Below, piece by piece: positions 21,608 through 31,376 of a DNA stretch of 64,000 nt. The notes beneath the pieces were generated by a model that saw only the letters and a list, made by a program, of their open reading frames with translations, was not told the DNA's origin and did no database searches. Origin of the DNA: Candidatus Poribacteria bacterium. GTDB taxonomy: Bacteria; Poribacteria; WGA-4E; PCPOR2b. Positions within the stretch are counted from its first letter, which is position 1. Every line of letters begins with the position of its first letter. Location of the stretch: the NCBI GenBank assembly GCA_965208675.1, contig OZ242351.1, positions 2,292,834 through 2,356,833 of the forward strand, read 5' to 3'. A program made the position numbers and the translations under genes.

Positions 21608-21676
21608 TGCTCACCTTCAAATTTTCTCAGGTTCTTTTCCTCACGCCAATAAACGCCAAATTTTCAAAGTTGTCGG

Positions 21677-22771
21677 TTAGATTGCCTCATGTGCGAAGAG
21701 TGCATCAACAAAATCGCGCGGAACAAAGTCGCGTAAATCGTCCAATTTTTCCCCGATTCCTATCAATTTGACGGGCGCACCGATTTCCTCCTTCACGGCA
21801 ATGACAATGCCGCCCTTTGCGGTACCGTCCAGCTTTGTCACGGCAACGCCTGTAACAGGCACGGTTTCGTTAAAGGTTTTCGCCTGCATAATTGCATTTT
21901 GGCCGGCTGTCCCGTCAATGACCAACAGGACTTCATGCGGGGCGTCCGGCAGCCCGCGCGACATGACTCTCCCGATCTTGGATAGCTGATCCATCAAGGG
22001 CTTCTTCGTATGAAGCCGTCCCGCGGTATCGACGAGAAGTACATCGACCTGCCGAGCCTTCGCAGCTTGGACGGCATCAAAGACTACCGATGCAGGGTCT
22101 GAACCGTGGCTGCCTCTAATCAGTTCGCTGCCGGTGCGATTGCACCAAATTGCCAATTGATCTTCGGCAGCGGCGCGAAACGTGTCTCCTGCGGCGACGA
22201 GCACACGCTTTTCCTCGGATATGAATCGATGCGCGAGTTTACCGATTGTCGTCGTTTTGCCAGAACCGTTAACGCCCAAAATCAGAATGGTATACGGCTG
22301 CCGACCTTCGACATCAATGCCCGCTTCCGATTCTCCGAGTACATTGAGTATTTCCCCTTTGAGAATCTCTTCCAATTCAGACGGAGTTTTTAACCCCTTT
22401 GCATTGACTGCCTCCCGGACATTATTCATCAACTTTGCCGTCGTATTGACGCCGACATCGGCTTGAATCAAGATTGCCTCGATTTCATCCAGTAAATCTT
22501 CATCAATACGGTTGCCGCTGCGCAGAAGGCTGCCAATTTGACCGAGAAGTTGACTCCGTGTTTTTGACAGTCCCGCCTTAAGGCGGCCGAACCAGTTGCG
22601 TTCCGCATCGACCGATGAATCAGTCTGCCGTGATGATTGCGTGCCGGGCTTCTCTGGGGGTATCTCTACCGTGTCAGGAGAATTTGCCGAATTCACGGAT
22701 TCCTCCGGCACCGTCTGTGTCTGTTCTTGTGCTTCGTTTTTCTTTTTTCGTTTGAATGGGTTTTTTAACAT
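21677..22771 (-). CDS. ftsY: Signal recognition particle receptor FtsY
   Basis: SRP-GTPase NG domain: GVNGSGKTTTIGKLA, DTAGR, and the TKLDG-type box. Acidic/proline-rich N-terminal region. Confidence 0.9.
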   Translation of the reverse strand: MLKNPFKRKKKNEAQEQTQTVPEESVNSANSPDTVEIPPEKPGTQSSRQTDSSVDAERNWFGRLKAGLSKTRSQLLGQIGSLLRSGNRIDEDLLDEIEAILIQADVGVNTTAKLMNNVREAVNAKGLKTPSELEEILKGEILNVLGESEAGIDVEGRQPYTILILGVNGSGKTTTIGKLAHRFISEEKRVLVAAGDTFRAAAEDQLAIWCNRTGSELIRGSHGSDPASVVFDAVQAAKARQVDVLLVDTAGRLHTKKPLMDQLSKIGRVMSRGLPDAPHEVLLVIDGTAGQNAIMQAKTFNETVPVTGVAVTKLDGTAKGGIVIAVKEEIGAPVKLIGIGEKLDDLRDFVPRDFVDALFAHEAI

Positions 22772-22837
22772 TGACGCCTTTCGAAATGCGCAGAATCAAA
22801 TGGGATGTATTCCTCGTTAAGGACGATTGATAATCCC

Positions 22838-23242
22838 CTATTCTATTGTGACCTTGGCTTTTCGCTCCGGTCTTTCATGTAGATGTCCATGTCCGGGCAG
22901 CGCAATTCCCACTCGCACGGATGGTTTGTCGCCTTTGGGGAAAATGTGGTGGAAACACCGCGCCGGGACATAGACAAAATCCCCCGCGGATGCCTTTACC
23001 GGCCTATCTTCGCGCCCCTCTATGACCCATTCAATCTCGCCCTCAAGCACGACCCACCACTCGTCGTAATCGTGGCAATGACGGTCGTTTATATGTCCCG
23101 GATTCTGGTAAATCACCACGCCTACCACGTGTTCTGCGAGCACCACTGGGTGGGACCAAGGCGGAGGGCCCATCATCTTCTTAATCTCTTCAAGACTGAT
23201 GTTATTTAGCGTATCGCTAAGAATCGGCGTTTTCAACGGCAT
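22838..23242 (-). CDS. Cupin domain protein
   Basis: Two-motif cupin signature (HCHDYDEWWVVLEGE ... GDFVYVPARCFHH). Confidence 0.7.
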   Translation of the reverse strand: MPLKTPILSDTLNNISLEEIKKMMGPPPWSHPVVLAEHVVGVVIYQNPGHINDRHCHDYDEWWVVLEGEIEWVIEGREDRPVKASAGDFVYVPARCFHHIFPKGDKPSVRVGIALPGHGHLHERPERKAKVTIE

Positions 23243-23380
23243 GGATTTCTACTTTGCAGATTTTAAACATCGGCAAATTCAACCTTAAAGTAAAGAAGGC
23301 TGAAGGGTAGGACAAACCTTCAGCCTTCATGAGCTTATCGCTTCATTCCCGACATAACTTCGTGTCGGGAGCGGCGAATT

Positions 23381-23974
23381 TTAGCCTTTTTCGCGGATAC
23401 TAATCGTCGTGATTTTGTCGCCCGGCTCAATTTTATCTAGCACATCAAGGCCATTGACGACTTTACCGAATACTGCGTAATCACCAACAGGTTCAAGTGC
23501 GGTGAGACAGATGTAGAATTCGGAGGCGTGTGATTCTGCAACTCCATCGCCCGCCATCGCAATTATCCCTCTAACATGACCCCGATCGTTTTTCTCCAAT
23601 GGAATCGTGTCAGCTACCAGAGGAGAACCCGCTTGGATGGTTTCGCCGGGATTGTCAGTGTGAAACGACCTACCGTTGTAATATCCCAATCGGGCGTTCT
23701 TGACGAAGTTTTGTACCGTCTGAGTCGCGTCGTTGGAATAGAATTCAACTTCCATCATTCCCTTGGCTGTCTCAATCACAGCGATAGCATTGTGAATGTC
23801 AATCTGCGGCGCTTTTTTCTGCGCTGGCTGCGCACTTATTGCCGGACGCGCTTTCGGTGCGGGCGGCTCTTTTTTTTCCTCTGGGCAGCTTGCGAGAAAC
23901 ATGACGCACAGCGTTACGAGAAACGCCGGAGCAAAACGGCTGGTGCACATTCGGTTGCTACTGAGGCTTAACAT
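23381..23974 (-). CDS. Cyclophilin-type peptidyl-prolyl cis-trans isomerase, lipoprotein
   Basis: Lipobox FLASC. Cyclophilin core segments (GYYNGRSFH, FYIC). Confidence 0.8.
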   Translation of the reverse strand: MLSLSSNRMCTSRFAPAFLVTLCVMFLASCPEEKKEPPAPKARPAISAQPAQKKAPQIDIHNAIAVIETAKGMMEVEFYSNDATQTVQNFVKNARLGYYNGRSFHTDNPGETIQAGSPLVADTIPLEKNDRGHVRGIIAMAGDGVAESHASEFYICLTALEPVGDYAVFGKVVNGLDVLDKIEPGDKITTISIREKG

Positions 23975-24590
23975 ACTTTGACTTCACCTCCAATCGAACG
24001 GTTTTCATGCTGTCGCCAATCTCCAACAGATCGACGACATCCATGCCTTGGATTACTCGACCAAACGTTGTATATCGCCTGTCAAGATGAGGCTGCGGTT
24101 TCAGACAGATGTAAAATTGACTCCCTGCTGAATTTGGGGCGTTGGTACGCGCCATGGCGACGGTGCCTCTGAGATGAGGGCGTTGGTTCGGTAGGGTATA
24201 CTCGTCAATGATGGTGTAGCCGGGGCCGCCGGTACCATCGCCACTCGGATCACCCCCCTGTACAATGTTTAAACTCTCGTTGTTTACTATGCGGTGAAAT
24301 GTTAGCCCGTTGTAGAACCGTTTCTTAACCAGTTTCTTGAAGTTGCCAACGGCGACGGGCGCAGTATTCTGATACAACTCAATGACAATCTTCCCTTTCG
24401 TCGTTCTCATCGTAACGACCTGCTCCTCTGAAGTCTCACTTTCGCCCATAATCATGGCGCAACTCGTCCACACGGATAGGGCGATCAAAAGAACGAGAAC
24501 TTTAGCGGATAATAGAAGATTTCTTGGCATCAAGCCGCCTTTCACGGTTGAGAAGCGATACCGGTTTCGAAAGATGATTACTTCAATCAC
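23958..24590 (-). CDS. Cyclophilin-type peptidyl-prolyl cis-trans isomerase, secreted
   Basis: Signal peptide, then RFYNGLTFHRIV ... QGGDPSGDGTGGPGY ... SAGSQFYICL. Confidence 0.85.
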   Translation of the reverse strand: MIEVIIFRNRYRFSTVKGGLMPRNLLLSAKVLVLLIALSVWTSCAMIMGESETSEEQVVTMRTTKGKIVIELYQNTAPVAVGNFKKLVKKRFYNGLTFHRIVNNESLNIVQGGDPSGDGTGGPGYTIIDEYTLPNQRPHLRGTVAMARTNAPNSAGSQFYICLKPQPHLDRRYTTFGRVIQGMDVVDLLEIGDSMKTVRLEVKSKYVKPQ

Positions 24591-24660
24591 GCATTAGCAT
24601 AGCAAAAGTCCGAATAAAAGTCAAGAATTTCGTGGCAAATTCCTCACGCGTCCTTTCCGC

Positions 24661-24689
24661 TTGATCTTTACCCGCGCTTAATGTATAAT
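24661..24689 (+). promoter_or_regulatory. Sigma70-like promoter for leuC: TTGATC, 17 bp, TATAAT
   Basis: A consensus -10 TATAAT at 24684-24689, exactly 17 bp after TTGATC at 24661-24666. About 65 nt upstream of the leuC ATG. Confidence 0.5.
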
Positions 24690-24752
24690 CTCGCACGCTA
24701 AAAATACGAATGGGAACTTGACGATTGAAACACCAGGCACTAGGAGAAGCAG

Positions 24753-26156
24753 ATGAAGCCGAGAACGATGTTTGAAAAGATTTGGGACGCCCACATCGTG
24801 CGTGAGGTACCGGGAGAAGCGACAATTCTTTATATTGACACGCATCTCGTCCACGAAGTGACCTCCCCCCAAGCGTTTGAAGGTTTGAGGCTCGCCGGAA
24901 GAAAGGTGCGGTGTCCGCATCTCACGTTTGCGACGATGGATCATAACGTACCCACAACGGACAGATCCCTCCCAATCACGGATTTGATTGCCGCCAAACA
25001 GATAGAGACGTTAGCGCAAAATTGCAGCGAATTCGGGATTACCTTATACGACCTGCATAGTACGAAACAGGGTATCGTGCATGTAATTGGCCCTGAACTT
25101 GGGATTACACAGCCGGGAAAGACGATGGTTTGCGGCGACAGCCACACCTCGACGCACGGCGCGTTGGGGGCGCTCGCTATCGGCATTGGCACCAGTGAAA
25201 TTGAGCACGTCCTCGCGACACAATGCCTTCTGCAGCAACGATCGAAGACCTTTGAAATCAATATCGAAGGGCAGCTTTCCCGCGGCGTGACAGCGAAGGA
25301 TATCATTCTCTCAATAATTGGGAGAATCGGAATTGGAGGCGGCACGGGAACCGTGATTGAATATTCAGGTTCGACCATTCGTTCGTTGGGCATTGAGGAG
25401 CGGATGACGGTTTGTAATATGTCCATCGAAGCCGGTGCACGAGCCGGCATGGTCGCGCCCGATGATACGACCTATGAATACTTGGCGGACCGCGAATTTT
25501 CACCGAAAGGAGAAGCCTTTAATCGCGCTGTCGAGCGGTGGAACAGACTGCGGACCGATGAGGGTGCGAGTTATGACAAATCCATCAGCATTGATGCAAA
25601 AACACTTGCACCCCAGGTCACGTGGGGGACCAACCCCGGTATGGTAACCGATGTGACCGGCGTTGTCCCCGATCCGGACCATATGCCGACACTCGATGAG
25701 AAAAATGCCGTCCAACGTGCGCTTGAGTACATCAATCTGACGCCCGGAACACAAATGACAGATGTTCAGGTAGACAAGGTGTTCATCGGCAGCTGTACTA
25801 ATTCGCGAATCACAGATCTTCGCGCGGCGGCTGAAACGGCTAAGGGACGAAAGGTTGCCCCGACGGTAAATGCGCTTGTCGTTCCGGGATCGCAAGCGGT
25901 CAAACGGCAAGCGGAAGCGGAAGGCTTGGACGGTATCTTCCGCGCCGCCGGTTTTGAATGGCGCGAGGCGGGCTGCAGCATGTGTCTCGGCATGAATCCA
26001 GACATCCTGATGCCGGGGCAGCGATGTGCGAGCACATCGAACCGAAATTTTGAGGGCAGGCAAGGAAAAGGCGGGCGGACGCACCTCGTCAGTCCGCAGA
26101 TGGCTGCGGCGGCTGCAATCGCCGGGCATTTCGTCGATGTTCGGACGTGGGAATAA
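24753..26156 (+). CDS. leuC: 3-isopropylmalate dehydratase large subunit
   Basis: Aconitase-family signatures. Fe-S ligand cysteines in GSCTNSR and CSMCLGMN. 467-aa length. Confidence 0.95.
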   Translation: MKPRTMFEKIWDAHIVREVPGEATILYIDTHLVHEVTSPQAFEGLRLAGRKVRCPHLTFATMDHNVPTTDRSLPITDLIAAKQIETLAQNCSEFGITLYDLHSTKQGIVHVIGPELGITQPGKTMVCGDSHTSTHGALGALAIGIGTSEIEHVLATQCLLQQRSKTFEINIEGQLSRGVTAKDIILSIIGRIGIGGGTGTVIEYSGSTIRSLGIEERMTVCNMSIEAGARAGMVAPDDTTYEYLADREFSPKGEAFNRAVERWNRLRTDEGASYDKSISIDAKTLAPQVTWGTNPGMVTDVTGVVPDPDHMPTLDEKNAVQRALEYINLTPGTQMTDVQVDKVFIGSCTNSRITDLRAAAETAKGRKVAPTVNALVVPGSQAVKRQAEAEGLDGIFRAAGFEWREAGCSMCLGMNPDILMPGQRCASTSNRNFEGRQGKGGRTHLVSPQMAAAAAIAGHFVDVRTWE

Positions 26157-26199
26157 CACCTATAGCCATTTAAATTCATAATTTATACACATTCAGATA

Positions 26200-26241
26200 C
26201 CCCCCTGATAAGGGGGGCTAGGGGGGTTGACCCCTCTTTTT
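26200..26241. repeat. Palindromic hairpin element CCCCCCTGATAAGGGGGG plus a second G/C hairpin and a T-run. Inserted in the 180-bp leuC-leuD spacer. A second copy lies at 58202-58229.
   Basis: Perfect 6-bp G/C stem with TGATAA loop, followed by GGGGGGTTGACCCCTC and TTTTT. Nearly identical core to the copy at 58.2 kb. Confidence 0.6.
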
Positions 26242-26335
26242 GATCGGATTGAAGGTAATGTGTAATTTTTAGTTGCAGTGGCTATAACCGCAATTTGCAA
26301 GGTTTATCATCGGCGAGCCAATAGGAGACAGGAGT

Positions 26336-26929
26336 ATGGAACCCTTTCGAAAACACACGGGACTGTGCGTCCCGCTGAATCGAATCAACGTCGATACTGA
26401 CCAAATCATCCCAAAGCAGTTTCTGAAGCGTATCGAACGTACCGGTTTTGGGGCGTATCTTTTTCACGACTGGCGTTTTCTTGACACGGGCGAACTCAAT
26501 CCGGATTTCGTTCTGAACGCACCTCGTTATCAGGGGGCAAGTATCCTAGTCGCAGGCACGAACTTTGGCTGCGGCAGCTCTCGTGAACATGCGCCGTGGG
26601 CTTTGCAAGATTACGGTTTCGCGGCGGCAATCGCGCCCTCCTTTGGCGATATATTTCGGAACAACTGCTACAAAAACGGCATCCTACCGGTCGTTTTGTC
26701 GGAGAATATTGCCGCGGATCTCATGCGGCAGATCGAGGCGACAGAGGGTTACAAGCTGACAATCAATCTCGAAAATCAGAACGTGATTCAACCGGACGGC
26801 ACCGCGCACCCGTTTGAGATTGGAGATTTTCAAAAGCAGTGCCTGCTGAACGGTTTGGACGAAATCGGTTGGACGCTGCAGTTTGAATCGTCAATTGCCG
26901 AATACGAGAGTGGAAGGGAAATCTATTAA
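26336..26929 (+). CDS. leuD: 3-isopropylmalate dehydratase small subunit
   Basis: LeuD swivel-domain sequence ([15 protein letters not shown]). 197-aa length. Adjacent to leuC. Confidence 0.9.
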   Translation: MEPFRKHTGLCVPLNRINVDTDQIIPKQFLKRIERTGFGAYLFHDWRFLDTGELNPDFVLNAPRYQGASILVAGTNFGCGSSREHAPWALQDYGFAAAIAPSFGDIFRNNCYKNGILPVVLSENIAADLMRQIEATEGYKLTINLENQNVIQPDGTAHPFEIGDFQKQCLLNGLDEIGWTLQFESSIAEYESGREIY

Positions 26930-27237
26930 GGGAATCTTCACTTGTCCCGCTTTCTACTAGGTTCATCGGCATCTTAATTGAAATCTTCCCGAAAAGTCAA
27001 ACTACGTTTAGATACTCTCGTTCTGAATGGTTCTGGGAATCTGAGGATTCGTGCAAATCGCTACCATCATCACATCAAATCGGAATGGTGTCCTCTGATT
27101 TGCCCAATTCCCATAGCTAGGCACCTCGTAATCTCTATTAAATTAGGCTTCTATAGAGGAACTAAGGTGCCAATCGCTTAATCGCTATAGCATGCCAATC
27201 GTGTAGCCACTCTCCACTATTTCAAAAGGAGTCTATA

Positions 27238-28245
27238 ATGAAATCTCTTGTGATTCTCGCCGTTTGTGTTTTTCTCTATAGTTGCAGCATCGTGATGCCT
27301 GCACACGCCCAAACTGCTCAACAAATTGCCCAAAACGCCTTCAATTCTACTGTACTCTTGGTCGTGGAGGATTCCAACAGTCAGCCTATCGGGTTAGGAA
27401 GCGGATTTTTTGTGAAGCCTCAGCAGATTGCAACCAATCTTCACGTCGTCGAAGGTGCTACCAGCGGATACGCAAAATTAGTTGGTCAGAAAACAAAATA
27501 CGAGATTAGGGGCATTTCTGCAATTGATGAAGAACGGGATCTGGTAATCCTAAATGTCAAAGCTTTTGGTCCTCGCCCGCTTATTTTGGGTGACAGCGAC
27601 ACCGCACTGGTAGGAGAAACAGTTTATGCTGTAGGCAACCCGCACGGTTTGGAAGGTACGTTTTCGCAGGGCATCATCAGCAGCATTCGAACGGTCGGAA
27701 CCGACAAGCTAATTCAGCTTACCGCTCCGATTTCTCCAGGGAGCAGCGGCGGCCCCGTCCTAAATGATAGGGGAAACGTGATAGGTGTTTCAGTTGCAAC
27801 GTTCCGCAAGGGTCAAAACCTCAATTTCGCTATTCCTTCTAACTATCTGACGAAATTGATCTCGAAAGTGGGAGTTGCGAAACCATTATCGCAGAAATCA
27901 ACACCCAAATCCAGACGCTCCCTCCTTGCCAATTACGGCGGTCGAAGTGTCGAAGGAGTAACCGGCGGTATGATACAGTGGCACTACATCGGCTTACGTT
28001 CCGAATACTACGGCTACAGCTTTTCCTTACGGAACCGACTTCGCGAAGATGTAAGAAATGTTCGCTGTTTTGCAATCTTCCTTGATGACCAAGGCAATCC
28101 AATTGATACTCGGGATGTGGAGTTTGCTGGAATAATTCCTGCTGGGTTAGCGAAACGAGTAACGGGGAAAACGGTTCATGAAAGTGTCAAGAACCTGACA
28201 AAACAAGTAGAGTTTAGGGTCGTAGACTTCGACATAGTGCAGTAA
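27238..28245 (+). CDS. Secreted trypsin-like (S1/HtrA-like) serine protease carrying an uncharacterised C-terminal domain instead of PDZ
   Basis: Signal peptide. Catalytic His (TNLHVV), Asp (DLVIL) and Ser (GSSGGPV) in chymotrypsin order. The roughly 110-aa C-terminal region has no PDZ signature. Confidence 0.7.
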   Translation: MKSLVILAVCVFLYSCSIVMPAHAQTAQQIAQNAFNSTVLLVVEDSNSQPIGLGSGFFVKPQQIATNLHVVEGATSGYAKLVGQKTKYEIRGISAIDEERDLVILNVKAFGPRPLILGDSDTALVGETVYAVGNPHGLEGTFSQGIISSIRTVGTDKLIQLTAPISPGSSGGPVLNDRGNVIGVSVATFRKGQNLNFAIPSNYLTKLISKVGVAKPLSQKSTPKSRRSLLANYGGRSVEGVTGGMIQWHYIGLRSEYYGYSFSLRNRLREDVRNVRCFAIFLDDQGNPIDTRDVEFAGIIPAGLAKRVTGKTVHESVKNLTKQVEFRVVDFDIVQ

Positions 28246-28403
28246 TACAGTGGGGAGGGAATAATGGTCCCAATCTTACTTATTTACCATCAGTTTAGTC
28301 TTGATCTTGCGGACGCTTTAGCCATGAGTGTGTTTCTTCTAGATTTTAAGCGGAGGTGATACAATTTACGGATTTTGTCGTGAGAATGGTGAGTAGCAAC
28401 ATT

Positions 28404-28814
28404 TTAAACATTGGGCGTGGCATTAATGTTCTGAATAGCCAAGTTTCGGTAATTAGCGGCCTCGTAATTGTTGGGATTGATTTGCAAAACGACATCAAAA
28501 TCTCGTATGGCTTCGTGGTATAAATTTAGTTGGAGTTTTGAATAGCCACGTGAAAGATAGATTTGCTCTTTAATTCGAACTTCTTCATTACCGGATTCTA
28601 TACACCTATCAAAGTCCTCAATAGCATTACGATACAACTCTAGCTCCAATCTTACTGCACCCCTTGCGTTGTAATAATCACTAGAGCTAGTATCGTCTTT
28701 TGTTGCTGTCAGAATCCATAGATGGAGGATGCTGTCTTCTATATCCTTGTTTATAATTCGGTCAAAGAGTCGGCGGGTGTTTTCATCTAAGTCTACAATT
28801 TGTTCATATGTCAT
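28404..28814 (-). CDS. Small TPR-like repeat protein in an AT-rich island
   Basis: Two or three 34-residue repeats with TPR spacing (YYNARGAVRLELELYRNAIEDFDRCIE; YLSRGYSKLQLNLYHEAIRDFDVVLQINPNNYEA). Confidence 0.5.
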   Translation of the reverse strand: MTYEQIVDLDENTRRLFDRIINKDIEDSILHLWILTATKDDTSSSDYYNARGAVRLELELYRNAIEDFDRCIESGNEEVRIKEQIYLSRGYSKLQLNLYHEAIRDFDVVLQINPNNYEAANYRNLAIQNINATPNV

Positions 28815-29605
28815 TATAGATGCTCCTCTTCTTAGTTGAAATATTTAGCGTCGGATTGGATTCGAGCCAAACGAAGTGGGTATTTGATAAGTTGTTTGTC
28901 TGCAGATTCGCAATCATGCAACCGTATTAATGTATGAAAAGGGCAATCGCGCTAGTTGTGCTTTAGTGAATCCCAACTTTTTTCTGTTTGTGCTAGTGAT
29001 GGCGTCGAATGTTACGTGTTTGGCTTTTGAAATTATCTAATCGTTCCACGGGATTTAGAAACGTGGGGTGTCGCCATTGGTTCAATCCAACCTACAATCA
29101 ACTCAATGAAAGAACCGACAAGGTTTCCCCACCGTGGGAGAGGCGCCCTCGCCTCGATAGTCGGGAGAGTAATCTCCCTTCGACCGTGTAGTTCCGTGTG
29201 ACTTTGCCGACTTTTAAGAAACTATGAGTAATGAGAGGCTTGTATTGAAGGGGGCCGGCTCATTCACCCGCAATCAATCCGACATCTTCTTGACTAATAC
29301 AGTATTTTACAGAAATCGGTTTCCCCTCATTCCTTTCACACGCACCTGACAGGAAATACTGTGAGTTCACTGATTATCGTGGATTGGTGTGATTGTTTCA
29401 AACACAGGAAATCAGCCAGATTGTTAAACGCTGAGGATTATTCAGTTTCATTTTGCATCCCATCTTCAAGAATCGCTATCGCCTTAAACACGGTGCGAAT
29501 ATAGTCGCGAAATGCCTTCAAATAACTTTCTTGTTCGTTGTCATCTTGCCAGTCTTGCGGAAAGCTCTCGGGGTCAGGGTGACCAGCATCATTCCGATTT
29601 CGACG

Positions 29606-30328
29606 TTATATCTGGGCTATTCCCTCCAATTTATCCTTCAGCCTACGCCGAAACTTCGAATCTGCATTTGACGCGAAAATCACGTCAATGTTCTCTGACA
29701 AATGGCGCGTTAACGCTGAAATATTTCGCTGCTTATCAATATCCCCCCACCGTCTATCACCATGGTTAATGATGGCGTCTGCTAGACACTTTATCGCTCT
29801 CTCAGACGCCACCCCTAGGACTATTACCGATGAAATGTAGAAACCGTGTTGGCAAGTTTGTAGGCTTTCCAAATAGCAACGCTGAACAACAGGGTCGAGG
29901 TTTGGTATTTCCGTTATGACCTTGTTGACAAATTCTTGTGCGCCATCAATAGAAATCTGTGTTTCATCCTCAAGGGTTGCCGTTTCGCCATCGGAAGTAA
30001 GTTGGACGCGCGGCCATTCGTTTGGACTTCTCGGCATTCCATCCATCAACAATCCTCGATGCCTAAGTAGTGCTATGGCTTCGGAAAATTTCCGATTAAA
30101 ACTTGGGTCTTTTACTTCATGCTGCGGTTTGTTTTCTGGGCAGATTTGGTACTGTAGATGGGCCAAAGACCATGACTCTACATCGTCATCGCTGAATTGA
30201 TGGCGAGAGCTGCCGGCTCGCGCCCTTTCTACGAAAAACTTTAGATAACGGAGGATGTGCCTCGCAAGTTCAGGAACGCTAATCTTCTCTCTCCGTTCTG
30301 GATCCAAAAAAGGTTCTTCGCTTGGCAT
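29606..30328 (-). CDS. Hypothetical protein of 240 aa. An in-frame TAA is followed by about 57 more protein-like sense codons down to about 29435.
   Basis: Long ORF in the AT-rich island with no recognisable domain. Past the stop at 29606-29608 the same frame reads RRNRNDAGHPDPESFPQDWQDDNEQESYLKAFRDYIRTVFKAIAILEDGMQNETE. Confidence 0.45.
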   Translation of the reverse strand: MPSEEPFLDPERREKISVPELARHILRYLKFFVERARAGSSRHQFSDDDVESWSLAHLQYQICPENKPQHEVKDPSFNRKFSEAIALLRHRGLLMDGMPRSPNEWPRVQLTSDGETATLEDETQISIDGAQEFVNKVITEIPNLDPVVQRCYLESLQTCQHGFYISSVIVLGVASERAIKCLADAIINHGDRRWGDIDKQRNISALTRHLSENIDVIFASNADSKFRRRLKDKLEGIAQI

Positions 30329-30409
30329 TCTAAACGTTCCTTTATTGAAAAAGTGTCGTGATACTCAACGATGATGTTTAGCCTCTGTTTACTTCTCAAT
30401 GACGTTACT

Positions 30410-30964
30410 CTACTCGAAAACGGGAATTCCCATTTTATCCAACGTCATATGAATTGAATGCTGCCATAAATTTGACCTTCTATTGATGCTTCGAGAATTT
30501 AACACGTCAATTTCGGTGACAACTGCTAGAATTTCCATTGATTCCTTTTTAGTAAATTTAACTTGTTGCTCAGGGGTCGTGAAGGTTTGCACTATGTAAT
30601 CGGCAGTAATTTCGTCGAACGCAAAATATCTTTCGGTTACTTTTGCCTCCGCGGATCTAATTGCTTGAGCACCAGATCCTTGTATGCCTTCCGCTCCGTG
30701 AACTCCTTTCTCCGTCATGACTTCTTTTGTAACGGGCCGGGCGACGACCTTGACTCCTGCGCTGATAATTGCATTCTCGATCTCATTTGCAAACCAAACT
30801 TCATGAGAATAATTGTTAGCTGGAATAACAACAAACGATGGATATTTTGGCACATTACGAAGGACTACATATTGCGTTTTTCCGCAACTCGATAAAGCAA
30901 ATGATAAAAAAACGACAATTAACGCTTTTATCGGTGTTCTTAGTTTCAATCTATCGATCTCCAA
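30410..30964 (-). CDS. Hypothetical lipoprotein
   Basis: Signal peptide ending in the lipobox LSSCGK. No recognisable domain. Its start abuts the stop of the 89-aa ORF upstream, which suggests an operon. Confidence 0.5.
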   Translation of the reverse strand: MEIDRLKLRTPIKALIVVFLSFALSSCGKTQYVVLRNVPKYPSFVVIPANNYSHEVWFANEIENAIISAGVKVVARPVTKEVMTEKGVHGAEGIQGSGAQAIRSAEAKVTERYFAFDEITADYIVQTFTTPEQQVKFTKKESMEILAVVTEIDVLNSRSINRRSNLWQHSIHMTLDKMGIPVFE

Positions 30965-30966
30965 TT

Positions 30967-31236
30967 TTACGTAAATTTAATTTGGATTAGTGAAACATAC
31001 TCCCCGAATGAAAATGCCACATCGGAGTCACATGATAATTCCTCTGCGCTTAAGGCATCATTGACCAGGTTAAAGTCAATGACACTAAACTCTACTTTCG
31101 TGGGGGCACTCATTTTCCAAATTGTGCTTTCAGATTTAGGACACTTACATGACGATTTTTTTAGCATATCAATTGAGTAAAATGAAAATCCATGAGAAAT
31201 CGCACACAGACGGGGAAGGCGAGTGAAACCCAACAC
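30967..31236 (-). CDS. Hypothetical small protein (89 aa)
   Basis: ORF immediately upstream of the lipoprotein gene on the same strand. No recognisable motif. Confidence 0.3.
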   Translation of the reverse strand: MLGFTRLPRLCAISHGFSFYSIDMLKKSSCKCPKSESTIWKMSAPTKVEFSVIDFNLVNDALSAEELSCDSDVAFSFGEYVSLIQIKFT

Positions 31237-31277
31237 TTGAGAGTGATTAGTTGGTGAGATTGGGTGTTGGGTTTCAC
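31223..31277. repeat. Perfect 14-bp inverted repeat GTGAAACCCAACAC ... GTGTTGGGTTTCAC with a 27-nt spacer, at the edge of the AT-rich island
   Basis: Read directly. It shares the GAAACCCAAC core with the internal inverted repeat of the MITE-like element at 1033-1048. Confidence 0.55.
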
Positions 31278-31376
31278 GGTAGAAGCATGCTAAAACACCG
31301 TTGTTGAAAGCCAGAGGCTTTATTGTTGTTTATGGAGATTTGCTTTTTTCCAATCAATTCAACCTCTGGCGAAAAT

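Noticed and set aside
28849-28870. GGATTGGATTCGAGCC resembles a tRNA T-arm or the tmRNA 5' GGAUUCGAC motif
   Set aside because: No complementary acceptor stem and no D-arm or anticodon arm could be built on either strand. It sits in the Shine-Dalgarno and start region of the TPR-like ORF.
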